A stretch of 64,000 nt of DNA. It comes from Ginglymostoma cirratum (lineage: Eukaryota). The notes below the pieces were generated by a model. It was given only the letters and a program-made list of their open reading frames with translations, did no database searches and was not told where the DNA came from. Position 1 is the stretch's first letter. Each line of letters begins with the position of its first letter. Below, piece after piece: positions 33,601 to 44,582 of this stretch. A program made the translations under genes and the position numbers. The stretch spans positions 40,929-104,928 of the forward strand of contig JAHRHZ010000027.1 in assembly GCA_024137785.1 (NCBI GenBank). Reading direction: 5' to 3'.

Positions 33601-35237
33601 TTTGGGATGTGTCCTTCTTGAAGCTGCCATCGTTGGAACACATTTGTAAGAGGAAGAACAACTGGGAAAATGGAACAGAATCTTTTCAGAAAGTAGGGGG
33701 TCAGGATGTATAGTCAAGGTAACTATGGGTTTGTAGTGGGTAGCAGAGGCTAGCCTATCTCCGGAAATGGAAACAGAAAACAAATCAACTGTCTGCTTTT
33801 GTTATAGAGCCTCAGAAAATAATATTTAATGAATGGCAATTTAGAAATAAAGTGAATAATTACAAAATCAAGATGTTTTCTTTGAAGGCTTATTACCACT
33901 CTGGTATTTTGAACAACTGACTACATAAAAAACTTTGGATTGATGAAAATGAGCTCTCGTTTTGATGATGCTGCTTGTGTCACTATTAAAAAAAAATCAT
34001 ATTGTCATTTCCATTTCATTCTGAATTAATACTGCTGTTCTGAACTATTTGGTAACTATGTCCCATTTTATGATAATATTTTCAAAAGAAAGTATAACAT
34101 CTCTCGACATTGTTCATGTATTTTTACATTTTTGTTCCTTAAAACTTCAAAGACTATGATATTTAGAGGTGCATGGGGCAGACGAAGCACTCGTGTTCTG
34201 CAGCTGGTTCTTCCTGGCATAGGTCACTAGCCTGAAGTTAGTTTCTGCAATGTAAGAGCTGTCACTCGTGTTATGGACCAGACCAGACCCCTCAAAACAT
34301 TTTAAGAATATAGCCTCAACCCTAACTTGTTCATATTTTAAAAGTAGATGTGAAGTGCTATGTTGCAGATGCAATGTAACTGGTCAAACTACTTGACTTT
34401 AAGCAAAATATCACTTATTTAAACACCATAGTAAAAATACAAGCAAAGAAAGAGGAAGCAGAATAATTTACCTATTGGAAAACTTAACCGAATAATAGAA
34501 ACAGGAGCCGTTACTAACCAACCTTTCCAATATAGTAACATTCCATAAACACACCATTTGGCAGAAGGGAAAATTGTCACATATACTTCTCCAATCCAGG
34601 AGGAAAAATCATCAAGAGAAGATACAGAGAGTGTACCAGTCGGGAGACGTTCACCGATACTCCCAATTCTGTTGAGACCCCAATGGCTTCTGCTTAAAAC
34701 TAAACCTAAAAACTACAAACACGAGAGAGCCTGGACTGTGAGACCTGGCCACACCCAGACTGCTTCCATTGTTTCAAGTTTAGAAGAAAAACAAGGCCTC
34801 ACAAATTTGACACAGATACTTCTGCTTTATGATCTCTCTTCAAAACAAAACCGGGACAAAATAATCTTTGAAAGTGACAGCATCGACACACCCTGCATTG
34901 GATAAGGCTGACCTGCAATCTCACCCACTCTTGCTCCTTGCCATGGGTACGTTCGAAGGATTTGCAGTTCGATAATGAACCTGTTTATCAGAATACACAT
35001 TCCATTGCAAAATATGCTGGAGAGTGAATCAAACATTCAGCATCTGTAAAAGCAATAAAGATGTCCCCCACTGTGTCACAAGATATTCATTTGTGCCTTT
35101 ACATATCTCCAAATATTTATATCTCTATTGGATAAACCAGACAGCGGACATCAACAAACATTGATTATCTGAATAAGCAGCTCGAATGGTCACTCACTGG
35201 GAATAAAATGGATGAAGAGAATCAAAGACCACAACAT
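24607..35237 (-). CDS. Receptor gene B: activating-type V-C2-stalk-TM Ig receptor (CD300/pIgR-like V; MDIR-like), ~288 aa
   Basis: Exons 35198-35237, 29881-30195, 29412-29735, 25551-25647 and 24607-24697, all with GT-AG boundaries. Phases 1/1/1/2 are compatible, total 867 nt, open frame ending in TAG. Confidence 0.82.
25551..25647 (-). CDS. Gene B Ser/Thr-rich stalk exon
   Basis: caatag|(G)REYTCDISSTASTTLSPTRTRSSSGSKSISK(S)|gtagaa, phase 1 to 2. Counterpart of 49029-49107. Confidence 0.75.
25809..27798. repeat. 795-bp near-identical direct duplication flanking an N gap (probable haplotype/assembly artefact)
   Basis: 25809-26603 matches 27004-27798 with a few SNP-like differences. Both copies abut the gap 26604-27003. 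Confidence 0.8.
27811..28126 (-). pseudogene. Decayed duplicate C2-domain exon inside gene B
   Basis: Homologous to 29412-29735 (EAISVSELQF..SCESAR). It has a 1-nt deletion in the GSLPI codons and a total length of 316 nt (not 3n). AG and GTAAGT splice sites are retained. Confidence 0.8.
29412..29735 (-). CDS. Gene B Ig C2-type (FCRL-like) exon
   Basis: EAVSVPAVRLSSQQNVSCFGGSVTISCESARGSLPIHYTWFEK...LDLHCQSF..YYCTASN..NCSY. Acceptor ccacag, donor gtaagt, 324 nt. Confidence 0.9.
29881..30195 (-). CDS. Gene B Ig V exon (CD300/pIgR-like)
   Basis: GRAITIHCHYE..KYWCHGWNRQC..GRISITENK..FLVTMKNLQWGDAGWYSCG; 315 nt, phase 1-1. Confidence 0.92.
32490..33780 (-). mobile_element. Penelope-like element fragment (GIY-YIG endonuclease end)
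   Basis: ORF 32720-33178: GEMKRRLGDRFAE..PVVCHFN..KLKEQHFIFCLGILQ..FNIEF. Confidence 0.75.
34269..34888. mobile_element. Probable solo LTR in gene B intron 1
   Basis: ~620-bp TGTT...GACA insert splitting a sequence that is contiguous in the gene A paralog (gtcactctgcgctggataaagctgacc near 2243). Confidence 0.55.
35198..35237 (-). CDS. Gene B signal-peptide exon
   Basis: ATG TTG TGG TCT TTG ATT CTC TTC ATC CAT TTT ATT CCC A|gtgagt = MLWSLILFIHFIP, phase 1. Confidence 0.8.
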
Positions 35238-38200
35238 TTTATTCAAGAGGATCATTTCAATTCTTGATGTCGGTCCCACAGCTCTTGTTTCTCACAGTGC
35301 AGTGCATAATGCAATGTTTACAAACACTGAATGAGGAAGAGGATATGAGAAGACGGATTATAAAACCACAGTAAACTACATGATAACATCTGACACCGAA
35401 GGCATTAGTCTCCTGTCAGCTAAGTTTCAACAGAACAGCTAAATTAATTTTCTTTCCAAGAAAAGAAGGTTATGAAGTCAAGACAATTGTATAGTCAAAA
35501 TCTATGAATAATGGTGACACAAGTATATTGAAATTTCAGGTGAGCGACAATTGGCTCATTCTACCATGTTTAAAAATATCAACATTTAATGACATTAATA
35601 GATTTGTTTTGTGAAAATTTGTTCTGCAATAAGCATCAAAGTTCGACCAATAATTTTGCTTTTTACATAATGTGACTCTTGTTTATTCTGAATAATTATT
35701 CTGTAGGATCTGAACACTTAGATGTACCGGAGAAGGAGAACATTCACATCAACAAATAATGTGGCTATATAGGGCAAAAAAATAAACTCACCTGGCAGAG
35801 AGACAATTCTGGGAGAAGTGAACTGTGATTGAGTAACTGGGAGTGAACTTCAATTCCAAGGTGAGGGTCCCTCTGGTGAACTGCCTGACATGGGGCTTTG
35901 TATTTCCCAGGACGTGGTTGATGAAGAGTGAGTCTGGTGAATCATGCTGGGTTTCACCTTTGAGAAGATCAAAGGGGCTGATACCCTTCACCAACCCTGC
36001 TAACCCCCACCCACAATGCTGAAGGCAGTGCTCCTACCTTAATGCTTGATATGGAAGGAGAGTCACAGGAGATGTTACCCAGAGACTGAACCAGTGAGGA
36101 CCATAGCAATGCTCTGTCTGGGAAATAGAAACAATACATTGGGTAAACTCCTGTAGAACACTTGGAAACATTTTTTGGTTATTAACCCTATGTGGATGAA
36201 ACCCCTCTGCCATGAGGTCACCACTGTCCGAGTGTCAGAAATAGAGAGCAGAGACCTCCAGACTCCGAATGACATAGCCACTGTAGAATCAGCTGGAAAA
36301 TGTGACGAGATTGAAACATTAAATCTTCGACAGCGAGAAAATGTAAGTCTGATTTTGAATGAATGCTGAAGGGCTGGTGAGGATTTAATGAATGCAGGAT
36401 TCCGATGGAACTCATTTGAGAGGTGATCATTCATTGAGTGTAAATTTGTTGCTGCTTGAAAGGCAAGCTGCTCCCATTCACTCCCAGACACGAATGCAAC
36501 TTCTTTTTGCATCTCTTTTCCTGTTGTTTGAACCTGCATCCACTTCCAACAAGTTGAAGGCTTTGCCTCATGTGTTGCTTTCACGCTGTACAATGACAAA
36601 TTGTGTGCTATGTGGATGTGAGGGAAAGATGTGCACTGCCTTCTAGAGGACTGTAAGTTGGAATCATGCTCAGGGCAACAACGCTGTGTTGCTAGTTTCT
36701 TGCAGTTTGTAGTGTCATCTGGCAAATCGTTTCTGGAGTTGAGATTGGATTCTCACTGAAGGTTCACAGGGTACCAACGATGTGCACTCAGAAATGCTTC
36801 TTTCTTCTTTCCTGGTCCCAGCCCGTGTGCTGTGAAGGGCTATTCTTGGCTGGCAGTGATTGACCTGGTACACAGCTGGGCTTTAAATATGGAGTCAGCG
36901 GTGGAAACCTTCATTTCCCTGAGAGGGCTGCCTATGTCAATTCCACTCCGTGAGGAAACAGTGAATGCAGCACTTAGTAACAAAGTGAAGAATATTTGAT
37001 CGAATTGTCAGGGACCCTGTAAAGTGACTTTTTCAATGTCAAAGCCATATCCTGGTAGGCAGGCACTCAGCAGTTTTTAAAAGACCATCCTTCTGAGACA
37101 ATCAATTGCAGGACCTGGACCTGCCACAAAACCCCTCCCTCATCAGGACAGTCATCCCATTTGCTCTGGAATGGAGCAGTGATCCACCACACAGTGTACA
37201 TGAGCCTGTCCCAGGAGGTTACCTTCCCAGGGACAGTAATCAAAGGGCTCGTTCTGAAAACTCTCAGTACAGCCTTGAATGACGCAGAGTGCCCCGCCCT
37301 GTTTACTATATCCTGTTTATTAACAGTGAGGTGAGCTCTAAGAAAACTGTGCCTTCCCTGTCTTTCCAGAATGTCTCTCCACTGAACATTTCTGTCAGCG
37401 GCTGCAGACATATTGCTGCAGGTGACACAGTTCTATCTCTTCAGTGAGCTGTAGGCAATGGCTGCCAGGACGGTGTTACAATGCCTGTAGGTATGGTTTG
37501 TGGTTTCCCAATGGACTTTCTCCACAGGCTCTGGGCTTTTACCAGTGATAGAGGAGGCCAATCCCAAGTGTCTAGCAAGCCCAGGTTAAATTTGGTGGAT
37601 TGGCTTTCGGTTCAGGGGAGGATGATGAAATGAAGCCTGAGATGTGGGCACAATTCTTCACCCAGAGAGTGGTGAGCTGATACAAATCTAGTCTGTTTGG
37701 ACTAAAGGGGTCATTTTTGATTGACAAATATTATTTTGTTGCTTGAAGGCCTTTGGAAGAGTAGTGTAATGTCCCTGCTGTAACACTTCGTGGCACATTC
37801 TATGACTCCTGCGCTATTTGTTGGACAGTTCCTGGACAATATGTAAATGTTCTGAGCTGTAGGAACTTTAGCTCCAATTTATCGCACAGTTTAATTGATA
37901 ACTCCTCTTCTGGCCCTTTAGAATCAACCCTGTAAATTAGTCGAATAAGCTTTTCTCATCTTTCCATTATCATCTTTGTCGTTCATAAACCACATAAAAC
38001 TCAGGCAGGACTCCTATACATCTGTCCGCTGCTTCTTCCATCTGCATCAAATGATGTCCTTTCAATAGACCAGGACCCATGATGTTAGCCTCCAGCAAGT
38101 CCTGCACCAGGGCAGCTCCTCTCCAATGTGCAAAGAAAAGTAACTAACATTTGGTCTCATTGTACATTCATGGGTTTCAATCACACATCCCCTTTGAGCA

Positions 38201-38792
38201 TATTCACACATTTTTTTACAGTGTCAATCTACGTTGAATATCAAAATATGCAATAAACGTGGAAACATTTTCTTCAGATCTCAAATTTTGAATAAAAACA
38301 AAGTTGCTGGAAAATCTCAGCATGTCATGCAGCATCTGTGAAGCAAAAAACAGAGTTAATGTTTTGGGTCCAGTGGCCGTTCCTCATTCTGAGGAACAGT
38401 CACCACACCCGAAACGTTAACTCTGTGATTTTATCAATTCCCAGCATCAGGCACCTCTAACTGATGCTCGCTGTCCTGCCACCATGGCTTGAGATGAGGT
38501 TGACCATGGATGGAGATCTACACATTGGTCCTGTCTCTCCTTCCTTTAAAACACAGTTTGGCCCTGTGCCTGTGGTATTCAGTCAGTTGTGTTGTGCAGT
38601 GGTGAAGTATTTGTGAATCGGAAGGCAGGAAGCTAGAATTTGTTGGTAAAAATGATGGTGGGGAAAAGAGTGATGAGGCTTTTTTGTGCGTAGGGTTTTT
38701 TTTTAGAAAAGTGTGTCTGTGAGTGTATCTGGAGGTTGCTCAGACAGAGAGCCTCAAAAAGTAAAACAAGTGTATCCAAAAAAAAGCCTCTA

Positions 38793-38866
38793 CTACACCG
38801 TGTCAGAAACAGCACAAATCACCAAAAGAATGATAGCCACCCAACATATCACATTCCAGACAGTGG
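38793..38866 (-). pseudogene. Orphan decayed copy of the activating TM exon
   Basis: Reads TVWNVICWVAIILLVICAVSDTV**, aligning to gene B AVWNVIRWVIFALLVICSVSVTVC. The Arg codon CGC has become TGT and no clear acceptor remains. Confidence 0.7.
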
Positions 38867-38905
38867 AAATCAATAATCTCTTCCTCCAATGCTATTCTTA
38901 TTTCA

Positions 38906-39043
38906 GAGATAGTAGGAACTGCCGATGCTAGAGAATCTGAGATAAGAAGGTGGACAGCTGGATGAACACAGCAGGCCAAGCAGCATCAGAGGAGCAGGAA
39001 TGCTCCTCTCTGATGCTGCTTGGCCTGCTGTGTTCATTCAGCT
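38906..39043. mobile_element. Short hairpin (Penelope-terminus-like) element with 14-bp TSD
   Basis: CTATTCTTATTTCA at 38892-38905 and 39044-39057. Internal inverted repeat agctggatgaacacagcaggccaagcagcatcagaggagca. Confidence 0.75.
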
Positions 39044-40499
39044 CTATTCTTATTTCATTCATTTTTTCCTCGAATGGCCTTTAGTCATAATGTCCTGCTT
39101 CAAATTTCTTTTTAAATTTTGGAAACGTGCAGCTTGGACAATCTACTTTAAAATCATCGCTCTCTAACTCTGAATCAAAACATTTCTCATTCGTGTGTAA
39201 GGAGAAGAATGTTAGAACTCATATATATTGATTGATTTACTGTTGGTACATGTACTGAGACACAGTGAAAAGTGTTGTTTTGTGTGCTGTACAGGCAGAT
39301 CGCCCATTCAAAGTGCGTCAGGGCAGCAGAGCACAACACAGCATACAGTGTTACAGTCACACGGAAGGTGCAGAGAGAGAGGTCAACATTAATATTTGAG
39401 ATGTTTGTTCAAAAACCTAATTACAGCGGGAAAGAAGATGTTCTAGAACGTAATCTGACATGTATTCTAACTTTTAGATCTTTTGCCTGATGGAAGAGGG
39501 TGGAAGAAAGTATAACCGGGTTTGGGAGGGGTCTTTGATAATGTTGGCTGCTTTCCTGAGGCAGCAGGAAGTATAGATAGACTCAATGGATGGGAGGCTG
39601 GTTTGTGTGATAGACTGGTCTCTGGTCACAGCTCTCTGTAGTTCCTTGCGGTCTTGGGAAGAGCAGTTGCCATACCACGCTGTGATGTATCTAAACAGGA
39701 TGCTTTCTATGACACTTTTTATTGCAATCTATTGTTCCTCCCTCAGGACCCAAACCACAGCTGGTGACACCAGTCTCTGCACAGTGTGACATCCTCTTTA
39801 ACCACAAAGGGATTTCCCAATTCACTTCCTGCAGGCTCAGTTGTTGCTATGGTCCATGTGACTGCACATACCAACTGTGTTTTGTTCCATGAGGCAGCTG
39901 AGTCAGTGAAGGTTTGCTTTCAACTGCACTGTTCCATTAATATTGGTACAAATATAGGCAATCTTATTATGATACGATCTGCCTGTAGGAAATGCAAAAC
40001 AACACTTCTCACAGGTACTGAGATACAGTGAAAATAACAATAAATAAATTTAAAGAAATTAAAGAAATCAAATAAATAAAGCCTGAAATCAGCACGGAAA
40101 TGGCTCTGAGAGCATGTATAAAAATTATTTCGCTCAGTAGGAGAACTTGCAGCTGTCATGGGTTGCTATGGCTAATTTACGTCAGGAGATATTGAATGTT
40201 GGTTACAGGGCAGGAGGGGTGTGATCTGCGTCATAGGATGTAATACTTTGATGTTGAATTAATTCTCTCATAGCAGCCCTTGCATCTTCAAATTGAAACT
40301 TCATAACTTGTTTCCTTGACCCCTTGTAGATTTATTGAGCTCTAAGGTACACAGGAAAGTGCCTGAGGGTAGCTCATTCTGGATTGTTTTCACTTAATCT
40401 TATCCTTCTGAACCTCCTCAGAACCTCCTCCACAATGTTTCTCACATTCCACCAACATCCTCAATACATCTTTTGCTCCAGCTGCTCCAGCTTTGACAA

Positions 40500-42420
40500 C
40501 CAAACTCAACCATAAGGTCAGAGATGGGGATGTTCACCAAAGCTTGCATAATGTTCAGCATTAGTCACAACTTCTCAGATACTGAAACAGTCCATGTTCA
40601 AATGCGACAAGATCTGGAGAATGTCCAGACTTGGGCTGACAAGTGGCAAGAAACATTTACACCACACAAATGCCAGACAATGACCATCTGTAATAAGAAA
40701 CAATCTGACCACTGTCTCTTGAGATTCAATGCTGCTTCTTTCACTGAATCCCTACTCTTCACATCCAGGGCATTACCATGGACCAGATACTGAACTGCGC
40801 TGACCAGATAAAGTCAGTGGTTAAGGACAGATGCTAGGAGTACTGCAGAGGGTAACTCACCTGTTGACTCCTTGAAGACTGTCTATTATCTACAGGGCAC
40901 AAGTCAGGAGTGTGATAGATACTCTTCACTTGCCTGGATGGGTACAGCTCCAACAATACTCAGCAGGTTTGACACCATTAAGGACAAAGAAGCCTGCTTA
41001 ATTGACATCACATCGACAAGCATCCACTCCTTCCACCATCAATGCTCAGTACCAGCAGTGTGTATAATATACAAGATACACCACTGAAATTCATGTAAGA
41101 TCCTTAGACAGCAACATCCAAACCTATAACCATTTCCATCTAAAAGGATAAGGGTGGTAGATACATAGGAACACCAAAAGCTACAAGTTCTCCTCCAAGC
41201 CACTCACCATCCTGACTTGGAAATATATCGCTGTTTCTTCAGTGTCATTGCATCAAAATCCTTCAGTTCCCTCTGTAAGGGCATTGTGGGTCTGCCTACA
41301 GCACATTGGCTGTAGGAGTCTCCAGTATCTAGGGAAATACATGTTTCTTGATGTCACGTGGGGAGAACTGAATTGGCTGAAGACTTGTAACTGTAATGTT
41401 GTGAACCTTTCGATGAGGCCAAGATGAATCATCTGCTTAGCATTTCTGGCTCAAGATGACTGCAAACTTTTCAGCCACATCTTTTGCACTGGCTTGTTGG
41501 GCTCTTCCATCATTGAAGATGGGGGTATTTGTGGAATGTCCTTCTGCACTATGTTTATAATTGCCCACTGCCATTTATGACTGGCTCTGGCTGAGATTAA
41601 ATCTGATCCATTGTTTGTGGGATTGCAAAGCTCTGTCTATCCCACGTTGCTTGTGCTGTTTGGTACCAATTCCTGCTTGCTAGCTTCATGAGTTGACACC
41701 CCATTTTTAGCCATGCCTGGTCTGCTCCTGGCATGCCCATATGCTCTCTCCTTTGAACTAGTGTTGACCCCTGGCTTGATGGTGGTGGTTAAGTGGGGGA
41801 TATGCTGGGACAAGGGGTTGCAGATTATGCTGGAGTACATTTCTGCTGCCATTGATGGCCCACAGTGCCTCATGGATGACCAGTCTTGAGTTGCTAGACC
41901 TATTCAAAGTCTGTCCTATTCAGCATGGTAATAGTGCCACCCATGATAGAGGTTATTCTCGAGACAGGAAGGTGGGACTTTGCCTGCACAAGGACAGTGC
42001 TGTGGTCACTGTTACTGACGCTATCATGGATAGATGCATCTGCAGCCAGTAGGTTGGTAAGGAGGAGGGCAAGTATGTTATTTTGCTTCTTGCCAGTTCC
42101 CTCAGCACTTGCCCAGATTGAATCGAGCAGGCATGACCCTTAGGACCTGACCAGCTCAATCAATAGTGTTGCTGCTGAGCCTCTCTTGGTGATGGAGATT
42201 GGAATTCCCCACTAAGAGTATAGTTTGCACCCTTGGCAAGCTCAGTGTTTCCTCCACTAGTTGTCCAACATGGAAGTGTACTGATTCATCTGCCAAGGGA
42301 GGACGGTATGTGGCAATCAGCAGGAAGTGTCCTTTCCAATCTTTAATTTGAACCCATGAGACTTCCTGGCATCCAGAGTCAATGTTGAAGACATCCAGGG
42401 CAACTCCCTCCCGACTCTAC
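40500..42420. mobile_element. Old CR1/L2-clade LINE fragments (two pieces in opposite orientation)
   Basis: Plus strand QDLENVQTWADKWQETFTPHKCQTMTI and YSSLAWM at 40524-41087. Antisense endonuclease-region remnants at 41330-42420. Confidence 0.6.
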
Positions 42421-44282
42421 ACAAGTTTTTAAATAGATTTTAATAGATTTTTAGTAGATTTTTTAATTGCAGATTTATTTTATTGAATTCAGTTTCCACC
42501 ACATGCCATGGCAGGGTTCAGACCTGGGTCACCAAAATATTTGCTGAATTTCTGGATTAATTATCAAGAAACAAATACTGCCTGGCCATTGCCTACTCTA
42601 ATATCTGATACCATCTTTTAGATTTTGGTGCTTTATTGTAACAGTTACTTAACACAGAAAATCAGGCAATTGTGAGTAAATTTCCAATAGTTTATTATAT
42701 TCATTAAGAAACAGCAGTTTAGATATGACACATTGACTAATTGGATTTTAAAAAAAGCATACAACACTTGACCAAGCAAATTGACAATGACTGGTCCATG
42801 CATTGTCCTGACAAATTAATAAAAGAACAGTTGTCACATCTTCTTTTAAGGAAAATAAGACACAATGCACTTGTATTTTCTTTCTGTTAGCAAATAGGTC
42901 ACTGTACATCAATGTATGTCATTTCTCATCCGCACAATTGCACCACACTGTGTGTGGAACTGAACAATTTAAAATTAGTTGTCAGAGAAATTCTTTGCAC
43001 GCTCAGAATTGTTTAGCAAATGTTGCACAATTATGGAATCATATCTGATGTTGAATATGATTTTTGACGTTTATCCGAACTGGCACAGACTCCCACCCAG
43101 TACATTGCCTGTTGCAAACAGCTGAAGGGATATACTCTTCATATGATCTGCCATATGTCCTACACACTTAGTAACACACTAACATTGTACTTCATATTCC
43201 ACATTACTCTTTGGCGTAAGAACATTTTTGAAGGAACATTTTTTGACTTGATGGTGGCATTATGCTAGTGATACTTGTCATGAAGTCAGCTCTCTGAACA
43301 AGAGGGGAACCATTCTATTGTTGGGTGGCCTAGTCAGCAAGTTCAACAATTTCCTAGGCCAGCGTAATTACAGAAGTCAGCATCAAATGGTCTGAACAAA
43401 AATTCAAGATTTGTCTTCTCAGGTAAGGAGATAAATTAATTCTCCTTACAAAATGCCCCTGGGTGCATTTAACTTTGGAATTATTTACCCTCAGAGGAAG
43501 GCATTAACTGAGTTCAAGAGAAATGAAAATTGCATGCACTGTGATACCTATCACTGCCAGGTTATAGTCAGCGTAATCCTTGATGCACCATTCACTTTTA
43601 TTGACAGTGGGAGGTGAAAGTGAGTTTTAATGGCAAGAGGCTCATGTCATCCGAAACATGTTTTCTACCTCATGTTACAATTCGGCACACAATGTGCGCG
43701 TAAAATAGACATAGTTACTAAGAGAGTGAGGAGACCTACCAATACAAGTCTTCACCTAACAAAATCTTAGACTGCTTTCCCTTTCATACCAAAGTTCATA
43801 CCTTTGAATAGATCAAACATTTTGCAACCCATTCAGATGTCAGACAGAGGTCTGGGTTAAGCTAAGAGGTGGCATTCCCTCATCGGAATTGAAATGCGAG
43901 CCTGAGTTATTTGACAAAGTCCTGAAGTAAATCCATAATATTCTGCCTTAGAGACTAGAGTTTGATAAACAGCCAAAGCTGACTTCTTAGAGCTGTTATA
44001 TCATGGGGTGATGGGTACACAGTATGATGGGTATGTCCTGAATGTGGTACCACAAGGCTCAACATTGGAACTACTGTGAGATTTTCATTCATCTGAAAGA
44101 ATAGGACTACAAGAATGGATACATTTATTGATGACACCTTGTTGAGAATAGGAGTGGAATTAAAGGTAATAACTGAGATGAAAGAAGAATTAGACAAAAT
44201 AGGTTGTGGATCGTGGTGGACGAAAGTAAATTGCAAAGTAAGAAGAAGCAATGGTCATCACTTATCTACATGAATAGATCTC

Positions 44283-44582
44283 CTAGTACTTACCTTCAGC
44301 ATAAATTGCCATTTCAGATTCTGGCAAATTCTCTACTTTTGGAGTTACGACATTGCTCCCTGGGAGCTGGTTTTGAACCTTGGCATTGCCCCTGGTAACT
44401 GAGTAACTTGTTGTCTCACCACTCCGTGCTGATGACTTCTTTTGAAACTGCAGCTCTGCATATATGACTCCATTTGTATTATTCTTCAAATGGGCAGTTC
44501 CTTCACTCTGTATTCCTCTTGATCTACTTTGCTTGTGCTTTATAGTTGAATATACAATGTTCTCTTCAGCTCCTACCATTTG
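44283..44582 (-). CDS. Gene C cytoplasmic exon with ITIMs
   Basis: ttttgttttag|QMVGAEENIVYSTI...GVIYAEL...MAIYAEGKY*. IVYSTI and VIYAEL fit the I/VxYxxI/L consensus. Confidence 0.85.
   Translation of the reverse strand, partial: QMVGAEENIVYSTIKHKQSRSRGIQSEGTAHLKNNTNGVIYAELQFQKKSSARSGETTSYSVTRGNAKVQNQLPGSNVVTPKVENLPESEMAIYAEGKY

Noticed and set aside
36075-36725. 216-aa minus-strand ORF as a real gene
   Set aside because: Non-ATG start, no recognisable motif, and a large part is deleted or disrupted in the paralogous copy near 2850-3100.
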